Source: Mobula hypostoma
Taxonomy: Eukaryota
NCBI RefSeq assembly: GCF_963921235.1
Contig: NC_086097.1
Span: 231,386,001 to 231,450,000 of the forward strand
Reading direction: 5' to 3'
DNA length: 64,000 bases
Shown here piece after piece: positions 39,555 through 53,282 of this stretch. The notes beneath the pieces were generated by a model that saw only the letters and a program-made list of their open reading frames with translations, was not told where the DNA came from and made no database searches. The first letter of the stretch is position 1. Every line of letters begins with the position of its first letter. The position numbers and the translations under genes are program-made.

Positions 39555-40962
39555 TTTGCATGGGATAGGAACAGACAAGTTAAGGAAATGTTCAATTGGA
39601 GTAAGGGGAAATTTGAGGCTATCAGGCAGGAACTTAGAAGCATAAATTGGAAACAGATGTTCTCAGGGAAACGTACAGAAGAAATGTGGCAAATGTTCGG
39701 GGGATATTTGCGTGGGTTTCTGTATAGGTACGTTCCAGTGAGACGGAAAGGATGGTAGGGTACAGGAACCCTGGTGTACAAGGGCTGTTGTAAATCTAGT
39801 CAAGAAGAAAAGAAGAGCTTACAAAAGATTCAAAAACTAGGTAATGATAGAGATCGAGAAGATTATAAGGCTGGCAGGAAGGAGTTTAAGAATGAAATTA
39901 GGAGAGCCAGAAGGGGCCATGAGAAGGCCTTGGTGGACAGGAGTAAGGAAAACCCCAAGGTATTCTACAAGTATGTGAAGAGCAAGAGGACAAGACGTGA
40001 GAGAATAGGACCAATCAAGTGTGACAGTGGAGAAGTGTGTATGGAACCGGAGGAAGATAGCAGAGGTACTTAATGAGTACTTTGCTTCAGTGTGCACTAA
40101 GGAAAAGGATCTTGGCAATTGTAGGGATGACTTACAGCGGACTGAAAAGCTTGAGCATGTAGCTATTAAGGAAGAGGATGTGTTGGAGCTTTTGGAAAGC
40201 ATCAAGTTAGATAAGTCACCAGGACCAGACGAGATGTACTCCAGGCTACTGTTGAAAGTGAAGGTGGAGACTGCTGAGCCTCTGGCGATGTTCTTTGCAT
40301 CATCAATAGGGACAGGAGTGGTTCCAGAGGATTGGAGGGTTGCGGATGTTGTTTCCTTATTCAAGAAAGGGAGTAGAGCTAGGCCAGAAAATTATAGACC
40401 AGTGAGTTTTAGTTCAGTGGTTGGGAAGTTGATGGAGAAGATCCTGAGAGGCAGGACTTATGAACATTTGGAGAGGAATAATATGATTAGGAATAGTCAG
40501 CCTGGCTTTGTCAAAGGCAGGTCATGCCTTACGAGCCTGATTGAATTTTTTGAGGATGTGACTAGACACATTGATGAAGTGTATATGGATTTCAGCAAGG
40601 GATTTGATAAGGTACCCCATGCAAGGCTTATTGAGAAAGTAAAGAGGCATAGGATCCAAGGGGACATTGCATTGTGGATCCAGAACTGGCTTGGCCATAG
40701 AAGGCAAAGAGTGGTTGTATACGGGTCATATTCTGCATGGAGGTCAGTGACCAGTGTTGTGTCTCAGGGATCTGTTCTGGGACCCCTCCTCTTTGTGATT
40801 TTTATAAATGACTTGGATGAGGAAGTGGAGGGATGGGTTAGTAAATTTGCTGATGACACAAAGGTTGGGGGTATTGTGGATAGTGTGGGGGGCTGTGAGA
40901 GGTTACAACGGGACATTGATAGGATGCAAAACTGGGCTGAGATGTGGCAGATGGAGTTCAAC
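39555..40962 (+). mobile_element. CR1 ORF2 fragment
   Basis: NEYFASV, KSPGPD, NYRPVS, DFSKGFDKVPH, QGSVLGP, FADDTK, WQMEFN. Confidence 0.9.
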
Positions 40963-41676
40963 CTAATTTACATCAGTGGTGCACAAGTGGAACTGGTCAA
41001 AAGCTTTAAGTTCCTCAGGGTCAATATCACAAATGATCTGACGTGGTCCAACCAAGCAGAGTCCACTGCCAAGAAGGCCCACCAGCGCCTTTACTTCCTG
41101 AGAAAACTAAAGAAATTTGGACTGTCCCCTAAAACCCTCACTAATTTTTATAGATGCACCGTAGAAAGTGTTCTTCTAGGGATGGTATGGAAGTTGTCCT
41201 GTCCAAGGCCAGAAGAAGCTGCAGAAGATCGTGAACATGGCGCAGCACATCACACAAACCAATCTTCCGTCCGTGAACTCACTTTACACCGCACGCTGTT
41301 GGAGTAGTGCTGCCGGATAATCAAGGACACGACCCACCCAGCCAACACACTTTTTGTCCCTCTTCCTTCTGGGAGAAGACTCAGGAGCTTGAAGACTTGT
41401 ACTGCCAGATTTGGGAATAGCTTCTTTCCATCTGTGATAAGACTGCTAAACTGACCCTGACCCGGATCTGGGCCGTACCCTCCAAATATCCAGACCTGCC
41501 TCTCGGTTTTTTTTGCACTATCTTACTTTCCAATTTTCTATTTATGATTTATAATTTAAACTTTTAATATTTACTATCGATTTATAATCCAGGGAGCGGG
41601 AAACACAGAATCAAATATTGCTGTGATGATTGTACGTTCTAGTATCAATTGTTTGGTGACAATAAAGTATAAAGTA
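40963..41676 (+). mobile_element. Rex1/Babar-type LINE 3' end, joined in frame to the CR1
   Basis: SFKFL, KKAHQRLYFLRKL, FYRCTVESVL. AATAAAGTATAAAGTA tail. A ~90-bp copy of the same tail lies at ~55823-55915. Confidence 0.85.
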
Positions 41677-42364
41677 TGTGTATACTGTTATTGATTTACC
41701 TGTTTATTATTATTTTTATTTTGTTTTCTGTCTGCTAGATTATGTATTGCTTTAAACTGCTGCTGCTAAGTTAACAAATTCCACGTCATATGCCAGTGAT
41801 AATAAACCTGATTCTGATTTTGAAGCATGTAGAAATTTGAACACATTGCTATATGGTGATGGACCCCTTGCCCCTTGCTTTGTATGATCCAAGAAAGCTG
41901 TCCATTGAGTTGGTCAGGCATTGGTGGCAAACCCTGCTAGAAAATACAGAATTTTATTTACTAATAATAAACAATCTTAATGCATCCTGTATATATGTCA
42001 CAGGATCTTAATGGATTTACTTGGAATGTAAGGCTGCAGTAGTCTGTTTGCGCAAGCCTTAACATGATTTCTGCATTATTTGACATATTAGGATATAACT
42101 CACTGAATGTCAATAGTACTTGATCCACCAAAAGCTCTTCAGTACAATTTTCTTTAGCATAATCAATTTGTAACATATTCTGAAATTAAATATTTTTTGT
42201 ATGTTGCTACAAAATGCTGTGATCTTTACTGAGAATGTTTCTCTTGGCTAGCAGTTGTTTACTTAGACAGCTCATTTCATTGTATTAAGACAAATTAGGC
42301 AGCATGGCGGAAGCCTCATCCATGTAAATCAGAATCAGGTTTAATATGGGTTTATAAAATTTTT

Positions 42365-43305
42365 ACGATGTATGTCAATGGTTTGGACTATGAGATTGAT
42401 GGATTTGTGGTAAATTTGCCGATGATACAAAGATAGGTGGAGGAGCGAGTAGTGTTGAGGAAACAGAAAACCTGCTGAGAGACTTAGATAGCTTAGGGGA
42501 ATGGGCAAAGAAGTGGCAAATAAAATATGTTGGAGGTGTATGGTCATGCACTTTGATGGAATAAATAAACTGGCAGACTGTTATTTAGATTGGGAGAGAA
42601 TTCAAAATGCAGAGGTTCAAAGGGACTTGGGAGTCCTTTGGCAGGATACCCTAAAGGCTAACCTCCAGATTGAGTCGGTGGTGAAGAAGGCAAATGCAAT
42701 GTTGGCAATTATTTCTAGAGGTATAGAATATAAGAGCAGGGATGTGATATTGAAATATAAGGAACTCGTGAGACCACACGGAATATTGTGTGCAGTTTTG
42801 GGCTCCTTATTTTAGAAATGATGTACTGACCTTGGAGAGGGTTCAGAGAAGATCCACAAGAATGATTCCAGGAATGAAAGGGTTACCGTATGAGGAATGT
42901 ATTCCCTAGAATTTGGGAGAAAGAGGGGGGAAATCTCATAGAAACATTCTGAATGGTAAAAGGCCTGAACAGATTGGATGTGGCAATGTTATTTCCCATG
43001 GTAGGGGATTCGAGGACAAGAGGACATGACTTCAGGATTGAAGGATGTCCATTTAGAACTGAGATGCGGAGAAAGTACTTTAGTCAGAGGGTGGTAAATC
43101 TGTGGAACTTGTTGCCATGAACGGCTAAGTCATTCGATGTAACTAAGGCAGAGATAGATAGGTTTTTGATTAGCCAGGGCATCAAAGGTATGGGGTGAAG
43201 GCAAGGGAGTGGAGATGACTGGAAGAATTGGGTCACCCATGATTGAATGGCGGAGCAGACTTGATGGGCTGAATGGCCTACTTCTCATATACCTTATGGT
43301 CTTAA
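42365..43305 (+). mobile_element. CR1 3' fragment
   Basis: QRDLGVL...VVKKANAML peptide and the CR1 3' UTR ending TATGGTCTTA. Confidence 0.8.
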
Positions 43306-43882
43306 TATCAGGCATTTGTCTCAAAGTTTGTGAACTTTGCAGCAGCAGTACAATGCAATACATGGTAATATAGGAAAAAATACTGAACTACAGGCAGTGT
43401 ATGTACATCAAGTGGTTAAATAAGTAGTGTAAAAGCAGAAATAAAAAGAGTAGTGAGGTAGTGTTCATGGGTTCAATGTCTATTCAGAAATTGGATGGCA
43501 GAGGGAAAGAAGCTGTTCCTGAGTCACTGAGTGTGTGCCTTCAGGCTTCTGTACTTCCTTCCTGATGGTGACAGTGAGAAGAGGGCATTGATGGCTAATT
43601 TTGAGTAATGTAGTATTTTATGAAATAGTAAAACAGGAAATTACTGTAGTTTTTTAAACTTTGAATTAATAACTAAGAGTAAACAATATTGCACCATTAT
43701 CGGAAAGCAGCTTAAGATATTGAGGGACAGCTTGCAATTGTAATTTTAAAAAATGATTCTAAATTGAGGACAATCATTGAATTTGTAAAACACTGATGCA
43801 GTCAAGAGTGACCATGAGAAAATTTTCACTGGGTATCTCTTTTTCAGCATTAAGTGGTGTAGTGTATCGGAAGAGTAGAATA

Positions 43883-45112
43883 CAGGTGTCCCCTGCTTTT
43901 CGAACGTTTGCTTTACGACACCTTGCTGTTACGAAAGACCTATATTAGTTGCCTGTTTTTGCTAACAGCAGGTGTTTTTACTGTTATGATAAAAGGCAGC
44001 GTGCTGCCCAAGCAGCCAAGCTCCTATCCCGGAACTGCATTCTAGCCAGCATTGCTTAAACACGTACCTGTGAGCATCTGTGCTTTATGTCGATTTATTT
44101 TGAGCATTGGTTAGCAAGATGAGTTCTAAGGTATCGGAAAAGCCTAAAAGAGCTCGTAAGGGTGTTATACTTAGCGTAAAACTAGACATAATTAAGCATT
44201 TCGATCGTGGTGAATGAAGTAAGGACAAAGTGAGTTTGGCTTGTGGAAGTTGAGGAAGATGATGTTGAAGAGGTTTTGGCATTCCGCGACCAAGAACTGA
44301 TAGATGAAGAGCTGATGTAATTGGAAGAGGAAAGGATAACAATCGAAACCAAATGCAGTAGTGAACGGACCGAAAGTGAAGTCGTCCAGGAACTGAACGT
44401 GAAGCAAGATTTTCGCTGCAATTGACAACACTTCAATGATTACAGAAAAGTACGACTTTAATTCTGAAAGGGTACGTAGGCTTAGGGCATATTTGCAGGA
44501 TGGTTTGAGTGCTTACAAAGAACTGTATGAAAATGCGAGGCTAAGCAATCAAGCATAGTGTCGTTTTTGAAGTCTTCCACATCAACCTCAGCAGACGATG
44601 AACCTCGACCTTCAACATCGAGGCAGGCAGACATAGAAGAAGATGACCTGCCTGCCCTGATGGAAACAGCCGACGATGAGATTGCAGTCCAGTTTCCCAC
44701 CACACCAACCTCCGACTCGGCCTAATACACCATCATCGGTGTGCTCGGCGCTGCCTTCCCGATTCCGGTAAGAGAATGTTCCTGCCGGGAGCGCTTGCGC
44801 TGAGTGTCTCAGCCGGGAGCGGTTGAGTGAGATTTTCGCTGCGCTAGACAGTGCTCCAATGATTGCAGAGAAATATTTCTACTTTATATAGGCTGTGTAT
44901 TTATCATATCTTTCCTGCTTTTACTATATGTTACTGTTATTTTAGGTTTTATGTGTTATTTGGCTTGATTTTGTAGGTTATTTTTTGGGTTTGGGAATGT
45001 TCAAAAATTTTTCCCATATTAATAAATGGTAATTGCTTCTTTACTTTACGACATTCTGGCTTATAAACCGTTTCATAGGAACGCTCTACCTTCAGATACT
45101 AGGGGAAACCTG
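43883..45112 (+). mobile_element. pogo/Tigger-type DNA transposon, internally deleted
   Basis: TA|CAGGTGTCCCC ... GGGGAAACCTG|TA. N-terminal CENP-B-like HTH remnant MSSKVSEKPKRARKGVILSVKLDIIKHFDRGE is fused to an acidic C-terminal remnant. No DDD core. Confidence 0.8.
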
Positions 45113-45872
45113 TATCTGGTATATTGCAAAATGATGTAGAATATATGCCCTTCAGAGATCTATGTCTATGCAAACCATCAAGTACCCATTTATTCTAATG
45201 TTACGGTAATGACTTTTTATTTTCCTGCATTCCCATCAACTAGTCCAGGTTCTATTTGAACTAGAGCATGTAAGAGAATGTGCAAATTCCATATTGTCAG
45301 CACTGGAGATCAGGGTTAAGCTTGGGCTGCTGGAGCTGTAAGCCATCAGCTCTACTTGCTGTGTCATGGTACCACCCCCTTTCCAATTCTGATTTCATTT
45401 GCATTTGTTTCCCCCCCCCACCTCCCACTAACAATTAAAATATATGCTTAGATTTCCATTTACTTGGCTTGCTTTATTTGATGTCTACCTATTATAACTT
45501 CTTCAATTTTATAGTTACATGATTTTCTAGAGGACATCAAGGTGAAGTGCTCCTGCGAAACTTGTCTTTTGTGAACCATGCAGCACTCATTTATGGTGGT
45601 AGATTTTATTTATTTAGAGATACAGCATGATAACAGGCCCTTCCAGCCCAACAAGCCCACGCTGTCCAATTGCTACCATATGAACAATTAACCTACTAAC
45701 CCATGCATCTTTGAAAATCGGAGGAAACTGGAGCACCCCGAGGAAACCCACATGTTCACAGAGAGAACATACAATCTTCTTGCAGACTGCGGCAGATTAT
45801 GCACTAACCAATATGTTAGTGTGCCACCCTTTTTATGTTTGCAGGTGTTTATGATTCCTTGACATTGTTATA

Positions 45873-46445
45873 GCCGGGGATGGTAATGGGGATAAGCTCC
45901 CACTACCTATTAAATACATCCAATGGGTGTACATCTCAAATAGTCTCTGACAAACAAGTTCAGCTCCTAGCCATACATGTGGCTTAGTTACTAAGCCTGG
46001 TGGAACAGTTTGTGCTGACAGGAGATGGAGCAAAAGTGGGTCACTGGAACCTTAAAACCAGTTGCTTTGGGCAGATGGGGCTCATCAGCTGTGATTGGCA
46101 GCTTATCTAGAAGAGGAAAACTTTGATCTCAAACCTCTGCTGTCTTGCAGCTAACCCACTCATGGGGAAGGCTTCGGGAGTAAATCCTGAGGAAAACTCC
46201 AGAGTTGGAGTCCCTAAGGCAGCCCTACGTTGAGTTCGATGCTGACTGGCACCTCCTGCAATGTCAGTGGTACCAAACTGTATCGGTCTCTGCCGTTCTT
46301 TTGAATTCATCAGCTGCTTGAAGAGGGGGAGCCTGGTACATGGGCAACAGCTTGTTCTCCAAATCATACTGACCTGGCTTGCATATCACGTAGGCAGCTG
46401 GGATGCTACATCTATGGTCAACACTGACCAACAGAGGGCCTCAAG
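45873..46445 (+). mobile_element. RTE-related SINE-like element with a candidate decayed HDV-like 5' fold
   Basis: Homologous to 18662-19030 (minus). 5' pairings GCCGGG/CCTGGT, CTCCT/AGGAG and GCC/GGC, plus GCTGA. Confidence 0.55.
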
Positions 46446-46574
46446 ATATTCATATGTAATAAATGTGGTTTAGCAGTTTTGAAATCTAAAACACTGTTTG
46501 AAAATTTTGCTGTAACGATTAATTTCATCAGCTTCTGTTTGTAGTCCTCAAGTTTCTTCCACTCTCCTCTTGTA

Positions 46575-47040
46575 CCTAATAAAGTGGCCACTGAGTGTAT
46601 GTTCGTGCCTTTCTGCTGACTATGCTTGAATACACTTCAAGGTTCAACATGTGTGTTCAGAGATGCTCCACTGCACAACATTGTAGTAATGCATGATTAT
46701 TTGAGTTATATTGCCTTGTGTCAACTTGAACCAGTCTGGCATTCTCCTCTGATCTCTCTTGTAAAAAGGCATTTTCACCTACAGAACTGCTGCTCACTGG
46801 ATTTTTTATCTTTTTCTCGCACCATTCTTTGTGAACTCGAGACTGTTGTGCGTGAAAATCCCAGGTGATCAGTAGTTTTTGAGGTACTCAAACCACCCAG
46901 TCTGGCACCAACATTTGTTCCATGGTCAAAGTTACTTGAATCACATTTCTTTCCCACTCCAATGTTTGGTCTGAACAACACCTGAACCTCTGCATGCTTT
47001 TTTGCATTGAGTTGGTGTACCAAATAAAGTGGCCACTGAG
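46575..47040 (-). mobile_element. Non-autonomous Tc1-like element
   Basis: Terminal motif AATAAAGTGGCCACTGAG at ~46578 and ~47023. HTH remnant GKKCDSSNFDHGTNVGARLGGLSTSKTTDHLGFSRTTVS. Confidence 0.7.
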
Positions 47041-48614
47041 AAAAACATTAAACAAATACTCCAATGAAGGATTTAATCATCAAAAGTGAGTGTCACATTG
47101 GGGAACTGACAGGGAGAAGCTACAAAAATATAGAATAACATAATTTGTGGAATTAGTGTAATCAGATTACTGGGGTTAATATGATTTAGCAATTTGACCA
47201 AAGAAAATGATCAACGAGTGACCTGTGCATCTGTACAGGAAATCACTGTAGAAAATTAGTTTTACTCAATTGGTACACTAAAAATGTGTTATTCTACACT
47301 AATTCTGAGTCAGCTTCCTGCAAATTAAAAAAAAAGAGTTGCATTAAGGCACGTACAGTAAATTGGTATGAATGAAGTTCGTCATGGTATTACACTCAAT
47401 TCTGCACATCTGGTGTATACCAGTGAAGGAAGAGTATTAACCCTAAGAAATGGTGCTCTTCATGGCAGCCAACTATACCCATGTTCATTGAAGACTATGG
47501 AGGGGACCAAGAGGGACATGGTGGTCTGGCACCATTGGACAGGCAGACAGCCTATTGTAATTATTTCAATTTTTTTGCATCGTTTTGTTTGTTAAACAAT
47601 TTTTAACAGAAGCTTCAGTAAGTTATACCTTCATTGAAACATAGAAACATAGAAAACATACAGCACAATACAGGCTCTTCGGCCCACAAAGCTGTGCCGA
47701 ACATGTCTCTACCTAGGCTTTACCCATAGCCCTCTATTTTTTTAAACTCCATGTAGCTATCCAGGATTCTCTTAAAAGACCCTATCGTTTCCGCCTCCAT
47801 CACTGCTGCCAGCAGCCCATTCCATGCACTCACCACTCTGAGTAAAAAAACTTACCCCTGACATCTCCTCTGTACCTACTTCCAAGCACCAAATCACACA
47901 ATTTATCTGCATCCTTCATTTTGCATAGATGTGGTTACTGCTAGCATTGCTGTAAGCATCTTTGTACATCTGAATAAGAAGGTTAATAATGGAGAACTGC
48001 CAGTAATATCATCACTGAAGCATCCAATGAATGGAAATGTCAGCAGTTAGATGCAAGAGAAAACATGCCATTGGTTTTGGCACACCTTTCTAAGTTATGG
48101 CATGCTAGAGTGGCTTGCACTGAGTTGTGAAGCTGCCCAATCAGGTATCTGATTTCTGTAGAGTGCCCCTTTTAAATAGGCACAATGCTTCACTTCATGT
48201 AGAGGAAGGATGAACATGCATATTGCGATGAATATTGATAGCTTTTTGCAGAGTGTCGGATTCCATTAAAATATTAAGTGTGCCAAGGTAAATACTGTAC
48301 AAATGACTCTTGTTGGTGTAATTTCACCAGAGAATGATCATTAACACAGTTTAAAACATTAGTTAAATTACTTTCATCTGATTAGGACGCAGACAAAATG
48401 TCAAGACAGGAAAAGTTAATTTCTAGGCTGCAGTGTCCAACAAACATAGTTTAATTTTTCTTTTGTTGGTGTAACTGAGTGGTTATTTTAGGACTAGCAC
48501 AGGCCAGGCAACTGTGGTGCCATTATGTCTTCGCCCCCATCACCCAGGAGATGTCCTGTTTTCATTGCTACCATCCTTTAGGAGGTATAGGAGTCTGAAG
48601 ATACACACTCAGCA

Positions 48615-50002
48615 ATAAGACCGTAAAACAAAGGAGCAGAAGTCGGCCATTCGGCCCATCGAGTCTGCTCCGCCATTTTATCATGAGCTGATCCATTCTC
48701 CCATTTAGTCCCACTCCCCTGCCTGTTTACCATAACCTTTAATGCCCTGGCTACTCAGATACCTATCAATCTCTGCCTTAAATACACCCAATGACTTGGC
48801 CTCCATTGCCGCCCGTGGCAACAAATTCCATAGATTCACCACCCTCTGGCTAAAAAAAATTTCTTCGCATTTCTGTCCTGAATGGGCGCCCTTCAATCCT
48901 TAAGTCATGCCCTCTCATACTAGACTCCCCCATCATGGGAAACAACTTTGCCACATCCACTCTGTCCATGCCTTTCAACATTCAAAATGTTTCTATGAGG
49001 TCTCCCCTCATTCTTCTAATCTCCAAGGAATAAAGTCCAAGACCGGACAAAAGTTCCTCATATGTTAACCCTCTCATTCCCCGAATCATTCTAGTGAATC
49101 TTCTCTGTACCCTCTCCAACATCAGCACATCCTTCCTTAAATAAGGAGACCAAAACTGCCCACAGTACTCCAAGTGAGGTCTCACCAGCGCCTTATAGAG
49201 CCTCAACATCACATCCCTGCTCCTATACTCTATTCCTCTAGAAATGAATGCCAACATTGCATTCGCCTTCTTCACCACCGACTCAACCTGGAGGTTAACC
49301 TTAAGGGTGTCCTCTAGGAGGACTCCCAAGTCCCGTTGCATCTCAGAACTTTGAATTCTCTCTCCATTTAAATAATAGTCTGCCCGTTTATTTCTTCTGC
49401 CAAAGTGCATAACCATACACTTTCCAACATTGTATTTCATTTGCCACTTCTTTGCCCATTCTTCCAATCTATCCAAGTCTCTCTGCAGACTCTCCGTTTC
49501 CTCAGCACTACCGGCCCCTCCACCTATCTTCGTATCGTCAGCAAACTTAGCCACAAAGCCATCTATTCCATAATCCAAATCGTTGATGTACAATGTAAAA
49601 AGAAGCGGCCCCAACACGGATGCCTGTGGAACACCACTGGTAACTGGCAGCCAACCAGAATAGGATCCCTTTATTCCCACTCTCTGTTTCCTGCCAATCA
49701 GCCAACGCTCTATCCATGTATGTAACCTTCCCGTAATTCCATGGGCTCTTATCTTGTTAAGTAGCCTCATGTGTGGCACCTTGTCAAAGGCCTTCTGAAA
49801 ATCCAAATATACAACATCCACTGCACCTCCCTTGTCTAGCCTACTGGTAATTTCCTCAAAAAATTGTAATAGGTTTGTCAGGCAGGATTTTCCTTTAAGG
49901 CATCCATGCTGAGTTCTGCCTATCTTGTCATATGCCTCCAGGTACGCTGTAACCTCATCCTTGACTATCGACTCCAACAACTTCCCAACCACCGATGTCA
50001 AT
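48615..50002 (-). mobile_element. Relatively young 5'-truncated CR1
   Basis: Uninterrupted ~340-aa RT frame (YLDFQKAFDKVPH, GVPQASVLGP, FADDTK, RPHLEYC) and a complete 3' UTR. Confidence 0.9.
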
Positions 50003-50598
50003 ACAGGAATAGCTTCTTTCCCTCCGCTATCGTATTTCTGAATGCGCAATAAACCCATGCACAGAACGTCACTTTTTAATTTTTCTTGCTCTCTTTTTAT
50101 ATGCATTTCATTTAAAAAAAATATACTTATTGTAATTAGAGATTTATTAAGATTGTTTTACAATGTACTGCTGCCACAGACAACAAATTTCTTGACATAG
50201 GACAGCGATAGTAAACCTGATTCAGACTTTGAAGTGCTGCCAGTAATTAAAGATGCTGCAAAACTGAAATAACAAAAGATGCAAGTATTTGGCTCAAGCA
50301 AGATCGTGTGGGAGAGAGGGAACAGTTAACATTTTAAAGTCAGCTGGAAAAAAAGCATTGAAATATACTGAAGATAGATTTGTTAAGCCCCCGGCTACCC
50401 TCGGTTGGCACCATTCTCTTAGTCTATCGTGATCTCCAATCATAGATGTTATCTGTATTTTCTTCATCTTGCTTTTTGGCAACACTTGTAATTTATTCTT
50501 TGTTCTAACGAAAGGATATCAACTTGTAATGATAAATGTTTCTTTCTGCACAGAACATTTCGGAGTTGTTGATTATTTTTAGCTTTATGTACTTTGGG

Positions 50599-50918
50599 CT
50601 CATATAGAGATAGGGTAACTAATGAGACAGTACTCCAATGTGTCCATACAAAAAGATCTTTAATGAGAACATTAAATGAGAGGAAACTTAAATTCCTGGG
50701 CCATGTCAGCAGAAGGGGAGAAATAGAATGCCTTACATTACAAGGCCGTATGCTTGGGAAATGCGGAAGAGGAAGGCAAAGAAGAAAATATACAGACACT
50801 GTGAAAGAACCAACAGATCTAAGTGTGCTAGATATCACTGACGCTGCATGGGATCGTTCGATGTGGAAAGCCATGATTGCTCAAGCGTGTAACGCGCAAG
50901 GCACATGAAGAAGAAGTA
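50599..50918 (+). mobile_element. RTE-clade LINE 3' end
   Basis: RVTNETVL...KLKFLGHVSR...GKCGRGRQR. (GAA)n tail. 10-bp TSD GTACTTTGGG at 50589-50598 and 50919-50928. Confidence 0.85.
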
Positions 50919-51458
50919 GTACTTTGGGATTTCAACAATGTTTTATGTAAAAATATATTTTAAACAGATGATAGGGAATTCAAAGTTGTTTTGATGAGAA
51001 TCTTGGGTGAATGAGTAAATTATGTCTTTGACTATATTAAATCAACTGGCACATAGCATGTAATGTGCAAAAAACAGAAGCATTGTTGCAAATATAAAAC
51101 TGTGAATGTGCAAATTTGGAGCTGGACATCACTGTAGGGAAAATGCAGGGGGATGCATTTTAAAAGTAAAGAACAGATAAAGTCTTAGTTTTTGTTAAAA
51201 ATTCTTGAGGATGCCAGACTGTTCAGAGTACAAATATAGAAGTAACTAAAATTGTGAGTACAAAAATCAGTTAAAAATGCTAATAGAAAATGGCCAGAAT
51301 ACAATCTTGACTGTCCACAACTATCAGGGAGACTTCTTCACGTGTTGAGTAGCAATGTAGGAGTTTTCCACAAAAAAAAACGAGGCCAAATTGATGGATC
51401 ACCCATGACCTGTTCGAATGGCAGAAGTAATTTGATGAGCTAAAGAGTCAAATTTTGA

Positions 51459-51743
<285 letters not shown>

Positions 51744-51889
51744 TAAGAATGTAGAAAATTTTACAATGCTTTTGATTTCCTTATTTTTGTTGACCTTTAT
51801 CCTGCCATGTAATGTTGTAACATTCTAGAATAATTTTTCATTTAATGCTACTGGCTTTAATAGAAGCTTGTTGAACCTGTTCAGTAAGT

Positions 51890-52157
51890 GTCATAGTCAT
51901 ACTTTATTGATCCTAGGGGAAAGTGGTTTTCGTTACAGTTGCACCATAAATAATAAATAGTAATAGAACCATAAATAGTTAAATAGTAATATGTAAATTA
52001 TGCCAGTAAATTATGAAATAAGTCCAGCACCAGCCTATCAGCTCAGGGTGTCTGACCCTCCAAGGGAGGAGTTGTAAAGTTTGATGGCCAAAGGCAGGAA
52101 TGACTTCCTATGATGCTCTGTGCTGCATCTCGGAGGAATGAGTCTCTGGCTGGATGT
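51890..52157 (-). mobile_element. Rex1/Babar 3' end, same subfamily as 10609-11912
   Basis: Close match to 10617-10865, including the (CTATGA)n tail. Confidence 0.8.
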
Positions 52158-52609
52158 ATAGGCCTGGAAGGACCCAATTTCAATTTCTAATCTTGCAAAG
52201 TTAGCCAATTTAATTCAGGTTGATGAAAGGGTTACTGCTATCTGCTTTGGTTATCCTTTGTTGGTAAACGTTCCATTTACTGTTTAACATTTACCTCTGT
52301 AATATCATAGAGTACCAGATGATGATGTGGGATTCAAAGTTGTTAACGGGCAGAATTTCATTTTTCTTTTTTTCTCCAATTCAATCCCTATTTCCAGATT
52401 TCAGCGTCCAGCTGCTGTGTCACTGTTGAATTCATTCAAAATGCCTTTTTTTTTAAAGGATTAAATTTTCTTATTATTTTCCAAAATCTTACCATCTCTA
52501 CAGATTGCATTAATTGTACAGTAAAATTCTGATAACTTGGTTGTTTGGAAATACTGGTGGTCAGCATCTCACTGTGAAAGTAAGTTTGAGGTTTAGACAG
52601 TTCCTCTCT

Positions 52610-53220
52610 TACCTTCATTCAGGACTCCAAACAGTCCTTCCATGTGAGGCAATACTTAACCTGTGAATCTTTAGGGGGACCACTTTATCAAGCACCTTCG
52701 CATCATCTGCAAAAGGTGGAATTTCCTGGTGGCTAACCATTTTAATTCCTCTCCCCGTTCCTGTTCTGACATGTCGGTCCATGGCCTCTTCTTTTACCAC
52801 AATGAGGCCACTGTCAGAATGGAGAAGCGATACCTCATATTCTGTCTAGGTAGCCGCCATCATGATGGCCTGAACATTGATTTCTGCTTCTGGTTAACTT
52901 TTTTCTCCTCCATCTTCCTTCTTCCTCTATTCCCATTCTGGCCTCTTGCCTCTTCTCACCTCCCCCTGGTGCCTCTCTTTCCCTTTGTCTCATGGTCTAC
53001 TCTACTCTCTTATTAGATTCCTTCTTCTCCAGCCCTTTACTTTTCCCAATCTCCTGGCATGACCTATAACCTTCTTGCTAGTCCTCCTCCTCTCCCCCCA
53101 TCTATTTATTCAGCTGTCTTCCCCTTTCTTTCCAATCCTGAAGAAGTCTCTGCCTGAAACGTCAACTGCATTTTCATTTCCATAGATGCTGCTTGACCTG
53201 TTGAGTTCCTCCAGCATTTT
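52610..53220 (+). mobile_element. Penelope-like element 3' fragment (older)
   Basis: GIY-YIG C-terminal remnant ANHFNS...MEKRYLIFCLGS..DGLNIDF, a pyrimidine-rich UTR, and a degenerate hammerhead at 53138-53163. Confidence 0.75.
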
Positions 53221-53282
53221 AAGTTTATTTCTGAGGATTTTGAAATATGGCCAGATTTCATGCAGTAAATCAGATGTGTAGC

